This document shows, one piece after another, positions 58,336-64,000 of a stretch of DNA of 64,000 bases (within the stretch, counting starts at the first letter, position 1; each line of letters opens with the position of its first letter). The DNA comes from Candidatus Thorarchaeota archaeon (GTDB lineage Archaea; Asgardarchaeota; Thorarchaeia; Thorarchaeales; Thorarchaeaceae). Below the pieces are notes generated by a model. It was not told the origin of the DNA. It saw nothing but the letters and a program-made list of their open reading frames with translations, and made no database searches. The stretch is taken from NCBI GenBank assembly GCA_004524445.1, contig SDNP01000016.1, positions 1-64,000 of the forward strand. Reading direction: 5' to 3'. A program made the position numbers and the translations under genes.

Positions 58336-58853
58336 CTAATCTCAGTAAACCATTTCTCTCAAAAGTATATGAATGTCCCTAATTTCCGTTTCGTGCTCAA
58401 ATACTCATGCTAGAAACCACTCAAAGGGATAACTCCATGTAGATGTTCACACGCATGAAGGAGAAGTGGTGAGTGGTAGTTGCTTATGGTGGATACTCTT
58501 AACGAGGGCAGGTCACTACCATTACCTTGGACGGATGATGACTAGTTTACATGTTGTCCGTGATGAAGACCGACCAAAGGGAACTTAGACAGGTCTTTTT
58601 GATACCGTTGATCTCCATATTATGCGTCTTGTTATCGCTAGTGCAGATGATACCATATTTCCTCTCATCTGCAGTTTTGTTCACACACAACCCCGTAGAT
58701 GAAGCAATAATAGACGCTCTAGGAGCTGGAGGTCACAATGCTGCTCAGACGGAGCACAGATGCCCTAGACTCAGAGGAGAACAGACTTGTTCTTCTGACT
58801 CCCATACTCGGAAATTCAGCTTTTGAAGCGTCGCGTGCTGTACACGGCCAAGA

Positions 58854-60308
58854 TCAACCGCCAGCCACGCCTTTGGCGATGCGGTCGCCGATTTCTTTGT
58901 CTATGTTGCGCCAGTACTCGAATGCTCGTTCCAGCACCGGCTTTGATACGCCATTCTTGAGATGTCCAACGACGTTGGATACCAGACGGTCACGCTGTGC
59001 ATCGTTCATGACCTTGCGTATCAATGTCCCGGCCTGCCCCCAGTCATCATCATCTTTTCGCAAGGTGTATGCAGCACGGACGAACTCTCCGCTGGCCTTC
59101 CATATCTCAACCTGGGGATAGCGCTCTCCGTCAGCCTCCGGGCCTCCCTTCGAGTTTGGTGCGTACACGGGGTCGGAGACGTTGTCGATTCTCATCGCCC
59201 CGTCCTTGCTATAGCTATGCACAGGAGACTTCGGTCGGTTGACCGGGATCTGGTGGTAGTTGACACCCAAGCGGGCGCGATGGGCGTCAGCATATGAGAA
59301 GAGGCGAGCGAGTAACATCTTGTCCGGGCTGGGGCCGATACCCGGCACGAGGTTGTTTGGTTGGAACGCCGCCTGCTCAATCTCGGTGTGGAAGTCGGTC
59401 GGGTTGCGAGTCAGTGTGAGTCGGCCAACCTCGTGCAACGGGTAGTCACCGTGCGGCCAGACCTTGGTCAGGTCGAAGGGGTTGAACCGGTAGGTCTCGG
59501 CTTCTTTGAATGGCATGATTTGCACCTTTAGAGTCCAGCTGGGGTAATCACCACGCTTGATTGCATCAAACAGGTCACGCCGGTGGTAGTCGGCATCCTC
59601 ACCAGCGATTCTGTCAGCCTCTTCCTGGTTGAGGATTTCGATGCCCTGGTCTGTCTTGAAGTGATATTTCACCCAGAACCGGTCACCTTTTGCGTTGACC
59701 CACATGTAGGTGTGACTTGAATAGCCGTTCATGTGCCGCCAGGTCTTGGGAATCCCGCGATCACTAAACAATATCGTGACTTGGTGCGCTGACTCAGGCG
59801 ACAGGGTCCAGAAGTCCCATTGCATGTCATTGTCACGCAGCCCGCTGTCCGCCCGGCGCTTTTGGGAGCGGATGAAGTGCTGGAACTTCATAGGATCCCG
59901 GAGGAAGAATACGGGTGTGTTGTTGCCCACCATGTCATAATTACCTTCGGTGGTATAGAACCTCAATGCGAAACCGCGCACATCTCGCCAAGTATCGGGG
60001 CTGCCGCGCTCACCGGCCACAGTGGAGAAGCGAATGAGGGTGTCAGTCTTTGTGCCCGGTTGAAACACCGCTGCCTTGGTATAAGCGCTGACATCTTCCG
60101 TCACCTCGAAGTGACCGAAGGCTCCTGAACCCTTTGCGTGGGGCTGACGCTCAGGAATCCGCTCCCGATTGAAGTTTGCCATCTGCTCGATGAGGTAGGC
60201 GTCCTGCAACAGGATTGGACCATCAGGTCCAACCGTGAGGGAGAACTCGTCGCTGGCTACAGGAATCCCAGCATCAGTCGTTGTGGGTTTGCGTTTTTCT
60301 TTTTTCAT
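58854..60308 (-). CDS. katA: Monofunctional small-subunit heme catalase
   Basis: [15 protein letters not shown] active His, [18 protein letters not shown] proximal Tyr. Confidence 0.97.
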   Translation of the reverse strand: MKKEKRKPTTTDAGIPVASDEFSLTVGPDGPILLQDAYLIEQMANFNRERIPERQPHAKGSGAFGHFEVTEDVSAYTKAAVFQPGTKTDTLIRFSTVAGERGSPDTWRDVRGFALRFYTTEGNYDMVGNNTPVFFLRDPMKFQHFIRSQKRRADSGLRDNDMQWDFWTLSPESAHQVTILFSDRGIPKTWRHMNGYSSHTYMWVNAKGDRFWVKYHFKTDQGIEILNQEEADRIAGEDADYHRRDLFDAIKRGDYPSWTLKVQIMPFKEAETYRFNPFDLTKVWPHGDYPLHEVGRLTLTRNPTDFHTEIEQAAFQPNNLVPGIGPSPDKMLLARLFSYADAHRARLGVNYHQIPVNRPKSPVHSYSKDGAMRIDNVSDPVYAPNSKGGPEADGERYPQVEIWKASGEFVRAAYTLRKDDDDWGQAGTLIRKVMNDAQRDRLVSNVVGHLKNGVSKPVLERAFEYWRNIDKEIGDRIAKGVAGG

Positions 60309-60623
60309 GAGTATATCACCATTTAGTTTAATTCGTGGACAAGCCCATTATTCTATATGCTTGATGAGCTTAAGGTATGAGTGAACCACAAATATAAGGG
60401 TCATTAACCTTAAAAAAATCTCTATTATAATACCCGTTTCGTCTGATTTTGCCATGTCCTCAACATCCCAATCATCAATTGATACTCAATTGAGAGAGGA
60501 CATGCCTCTCTCCTCACTCTTTCTTCTTGCATCGCTTGATGGCAACATTGAGGAAAATTAGAAACTGGTATTGAACAGAATGATGATTGAAGAAATGGGA
60601 TGTCATAACAGAGGTTCACCATC

Positions 60624-60956
60624 ATGGGAAACTTCGTGATTCAGTCCGTCGCCTCAGCAGCAATCGTTCTTGGAAGCCTGCTCGATCTATTCCAAGTCCT
60701 GCTCGCCATTCAGGTAACAAACAGAGATGATAGGCTTGGTTGGTTCCTCCATCGGTTCGCATACGTGACACTGTTGGTCATGATATTCTCATTCCTTTCA
60801 GTGATCGGAGCCACATTTCTCTCATCTTTTTCCTTTGCTGGAGGGAATCTCATGGTCATTACTGTGATGGGCTATACGATGGAGACCAGCTTTGGAATAT
60901 GCTTCTCAGCAGTCACCTATCACTTCCTCAAGATTGAAGATGCCTGGCGTGAGTGA
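60624..60956 (+). CDS. Small three-TM membrane protein
   Basis: Hydrophobic segments; may be N-terminally truncated. Confidence 0.55.
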   Translation: MGNFVIQSVASAAIVLGSLLDLFQVLLAIQVTNRDDRLGWFLHRFAYVTLLVMIFSFLSVIGATFLSSFSFAGGNLMVITVMGYTMETSFGICFSAVTYHFLKIEDAWRE

Positions 60957-60985
60957 AGCATAATGGGATTACTCGCCTCGTAAGG

Positions 60986-61126
60986 TTAAACTCGCATAAA
61001 GTCGGTTTCGTCAAAGTCGCTATCATATGACGCGAAGTGGGTATCGTACTTCCTGTAACCCCTACAGTGATATGCATCATCAAAATCAAGACTGAAACGA
61101 CCGGAGAAGGCTTCCATTGGTTTCAT
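60986..61126 (-). pseudogene. C-terminal remnant of a second vapC
   Basis: FSLDFDDAYH...ASYDSDFDETD aligns with the vapC C-terminus; 24-bp identity 61068-91 vs 57777-800. Confidence 0.85.
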
Positions 61127-61240
61127 TCCGCTTGTTTTTGATTTCTCTAGATGGCCCGCCTCCTAGTCCAGAAAACTTGGAAGAATCCATGAAGTAGATT
61201 AGATGGCGTTCATCAGTTGGTTTCTTTCACTGCCTGCCTA

Positions 61241-61825
61241 TTACAAAACTGCGCCGCAGTTCTTGCAGATTGCACTGATCGCCATGTTATCGAAATTGCA
61301 GTATTGACATTCTCGTACCTGCCCAATCTTTTCTAGAGTGGAAGCAGAGTAGTAGTCCAAACCCTTTAACTCCATGATGTCTTCCGATAAAGGATCATAA
61401 ATATGAATATCATATACAGGCATACCATTCGCAGTGTGAGCTACCCTAGACTCGATGAATTGCCCTATGGTCTTCCCAGAGAAATTTGCGAGTGAAATCT
61501 CCTTAGTGATGTATCCCCTATATGTCGTCAAAATCCTAGCATCAGTCATGTAATATCTTGTTTTGCGGCGGTGATAATAGGAGAATAGAAAAATCACAAT
61601 TCCAACTAGCATACCAATGGTGGCGGGAGCCGATTCTGTTGCTCCAAAATCATCGCTTGCTATTAAGAACGCATATAGACCAGCAATAACAAGTATGACC
61701 CCGAGACAAATGGTCCAGAAGCTGATTCCTGCTTTTCTTGTCCAGACGATTTCTTCGCCGGGTAATAAACCAACGTCAGGAGGCTGAAAGCGGTTGTGTT
61801 GAGGAAGGGGTCTATCAGCATTCAT
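61241..61825 (-). CDS. Two-TM bPH-like domain protein with C-terminal zinc ribbon
   Basis: LLPGEEIVW, TRYYMTD.RI, CQYC...CKNCG. Confidence 0.75.
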   Translation of the reverse strand: MNADRPLPQHNRFQPPDVGLLPGEEIVWTRKAGISFWTICLGVILVIAGLYAFLIASDDFGATESAPATIGMLVGIVIFLFSYYHRRKTRYYMTDARILTTYRGYITKEISLANFSGKTIGQFIESRVAHTANGMPVYDIHIYDPLSEDIMELKGLDYYSASTLEKIGQVRECQYCNFDNMAISAICKNCGAVL

Positions 61826-61907
61826 ATTTGCAGCCTCATCATGATGAGAAGAATTCCAATTTGAGTCTTCTTACTAGAAGAATAGATTGAGTTCAAGAAT
61901 TGGAGAG

Positions 61908-62258
61908 ATGGTGGTGACACTAAGAGGAAGAAGGGTGGAATATGTAAGTTGACTAAAGGAGTGCGCGCACGATAAAAAGGCTCTATTTCTATGTATTCTA
62001 TCCTTTTTTGGTATGATTACAGCTGTAATAGTGGGTGTATTGCCAAGAATTCCACCTTGGGCGTCTTTGGTTTGGGGTGCTCTTTCATATTTGTTTTTCA
62101 CTTTTCCCGGGTTGGGATTCATGCTGTCAGCTTCAGTCGTTCACCTTGTTTTGTACTGCAAACTGAAATCAAACATGAGAGAGAATGGTCAGAATCTCGA
62201 AATCAATTACTACTCCGAAAAGAAGAAATCGTATTTGGAGATACTCGATGCTCCCTAA
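61908..62258 (+). pseudogene. Small membrane protein interrupted by TGA at 61950-52
   Basis: GGAG then ATG 61908 in frame with ORF 62013-62258; YVS*LKEC; the first TM helix begins before 62013. Confidence 0.45.
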
Positions 62259-62375
62259 TCTAGAGGGATCAGAAGACTCGTTGCTCCAAGTTTCGCGGTG
62301 ACGCTGGGCAAGAGAAGGGCGGAACACAGAAGTCCAAAAAGGGGGTTCGCTCAACAACTATCTGTCTAAGAATGA

Positions 62376-62449
62376 TGGTGCGCCTGCCGGGATTTGAACC
62401 CGGGTCGCGACCTTGGAAGGGTCGGATCATGCCCCTAGACTACAGGCGC
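62376..62449 (-). tRNA. tRNA-Gly(TCC), intronless
   Basis: 74-nt cloverleaf with encoded CCA. Confidence 0.96.
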
Positions 62450-62599
62450 TTAGCTCCGCGCTATGGCGGCAATGAGCGGGGGGATGTATCTATCCATCCA
62501 AGTTTGTTAGATATACAGCGCTCATCAATCGCAAATCTGACTTGCGATTTAAGATTATTGTTGAAGCTGCATCACGAATCATGTGATTCTGTTTTAGCC

Positions 62600-62690
62600 A
62601 TCCCTCTGGACATTTCAGTGGAAGGGTTCTATCATGCGTGGATTGACATACATCCCAAAGACGGACAGTTCAGTGGAAGGCCTCTGTCAT
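62600..62690 (-). repeat. Degenerate two-copy tandem repeat with 55-bp period
   Basis: GGACA(T/G)TTCAGTGGAAGG at 62608-25 and 62663-80 with similar flanks. Confidence 0.8.
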
Positions 62691-62812
62691 AGCACCGGGC
62701 CAGGGTTGGTGAAGATCCAGACTTCTCAAGAATGACTGTCTTTTGCCTTTATGTTCCCATAATGCCTATATCCTGCAGTTCCCATACAGGTCCTAGCATA
62801 TGGGGGACTTGA

Positions 62813-64000
62813 ATGAGGAAACTAGTGCTAGTATTCATTCTTGCGATGGTTCTGGTCATTGCAGCAGGGGAAGAAGATGTGGGTCCAAGTGCATCGCTTG
62901 AGGTGGAGGAGCAAGCACATGCATCGTCTTACACTCCTCATGCGCCCATCACCATCACGAGTAATGCCGATTTTGCAGCACAAGGGTGGCCTGGGAGTGG
63001 AACTAAGGGAGACCCCTACGTCATAGAGGGGCTGAATATAACTGATGAGAGGCATTGTATTGACATAAGGGAAACAACAGTCCATTTTTTGATTAGAAAC
63101 TGTCTACTCTCTTCATACGAGTATACAATTACCAGCGGAGTTATCTTTCTGAATGTAACACATGGTTCTGTTATTGACTGCTCCATCGAATATCATGACC
63201 AAGGAATTCACCTTGCGGACTCCACGAATTGTGTCTTGACAAATAATACAGTTACTGAGGCGCGTGATGGTTCTGGTATTGTGCTTAATAGAGCCCATAA
63301 CAACACACTCGCGTATAACAGAGCCATCAGAAACTACTACCATGGAATCGTTATTTATTATTCGGATAACTGTACGATAGAACACAATACTGCCTCTGAG
63401 AATTCTAGGGACGGAGTATCTCTTGATACTTCTAGTAATTGCACGTTGATGAATAACACCCTATCCAATAATTCAAACAGCGGGATTGAGGTTGAGCGTT
63501 CTCAGAGCTGTGCTCTGATAAATAATTCAGTAACCAACAACTCACTGCATGCCATTTATCTTAAATGCGCGGTTGATAGCACATTGACGGACAATACTCT
63601 TGAGGGCAACGGATTGTTCATATGGGGATTTGATGTTTCGAACTGGCTGCACAATATGTCAGGAAATACCGTCAATGGAAAGCCACTTGGATACCTTACC
63701 CACTTGGTGGGAGCCTCCCTAGATGTCGGAGCCTATGGTCAGCTTATTGTAGTCAACTGCTCGAGCAGCATCTTTGAACACGGAGTTGTCAATAGCGCTA
63801 CCGTAGGGTTTCAAATAGCATATTCAGAAGACTGTAAGGTGACCGACTCACTTGCGTCTCATAACTGCGCATATGGATTCCATATTTGCTATTCTGATAA
63901 CTTTTCGATAACGAATAGCACAGCAATGAATAACAGATATGGGCTTTATATTGAGTTTTCTCAAAACTGTTTCATCGAAAACAATACAGCCACTGACAAC
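62813..64000 (+). CDS. NosD/CASH beta-helix surface protein (partial, runs off right edge)
   Basis: MRKLVLVFILAM signal peptide, HAPITITSNADFAAQGWPGSGTKGDPYVIEGLNIT; open to the window end. Confidence 0.88.
   Translation, partial: MRKLVLVFILAMVLVIAAGEEDVGPSASLEVEEQAHASSYTPHAPITITSNADFAAQGWPGSGTKGDPYVIEGLNITDERHCIDIRETTVHFLIRNCLLSSYEYTITSGVIFLNVTHGSVIDCSIEYHDQGIHLADSTNCVLTNNTVTEARDGSGIVLNRAHNNTLAYNRAIRNYYHGIVIYYSDNCTIEHNTASENSRDGVSLDTSSNCTLMNNTLSNNSNSGIEVERSQSCALINNSVTNNSLHAIYLKCAVDSTLTDNTLEGNGLFIWGFDVSNWLHNMSGNTVNGKPLGYLTHLVGASLDVGAYGQLIVVNCSSSIFEHGVVNSATVGFQIAYSEDCKVTDSLASHNCAYGFHICYSDNFSITNSTAMNNRYGLYIEFSQNCFIENNTATDN

Noticed and set aside
58551-58826. 91-aa ORF downstream of the catalase
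   Set aside because: No recognisable family; overlaps hairpin-rich DNA; cannot be supported
55500-62449. Integrated element at tRNA-Gly(TCC)
   Set aside because: No duplicated tRNA 3' end seen and no integrase catalytic domain; the DUF4332 gene has at most a SAM-like N-terminus
62608-62680. Mini CRISPR array
   Set aside because: Only two 18-bp copies, similarity extends into the supposed spacer, no cas genes
62490-62690. WD40 fragment (TVRLWDV) or SECIS element on the minus strand
   Set aside because: Only a seven-residue match; the SECIS-like pairing is not preserved in the second repeat and no selenoprotein gene lies upstream
1-64000. Genome-wide reassignment of UGA
   Set aside because: TGA terminates clearly complete genes (GGR 3515-17, penicillin acylase, TopoIB, kptA)

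Overview
Chromosomal window from an archaeon, most likely an Asgard archaeon of the Thorarchaeota type (inference from two stand-alone longin-like proteins, a eukaryote-type topoisomerase IB, archaeal SepF, an LRR protein and NosD/CASH surface proteins with a GWPGSGT motif). About 2.3-16 kb is a conserved informational cluster: GGR, pus10, rpl21e, rpo4, DUF655, rsmA, HemK2, FKBP, psmB, aCPSF1, sepF, PUA, lsm and rpl37e, with an unusual wHTH-Ski2-like helicase lying between the PUA gene and sepF. The remainder is mixed metabolic and accessory DNA. It holds five tRNA genes, four with BHB/BHL introns; tRNA-Val has two 30-nt introns around a 9-nt exon. It also holds several gene remnants and a GC-rich catalase bracketed by a vapBC operon and a decayed vapC copy. 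No CRISPR array, transposase, integrase or rRNA was seen. The strongest candidates for undescribed biology are non-coding: a switch-like four-way-junction leader at 26.8 kb, a ~350-nt structured RNA at ~2 kb, a K-turn/C-D-like sRNA at 34.3 kb, and tandem mini-ORF hairpins upstream of tRNA-Gly. A tandem pair of ferritin-like proteins lacking iron ligands is also notable. All calls are by eye; no searches or folding programs were run.
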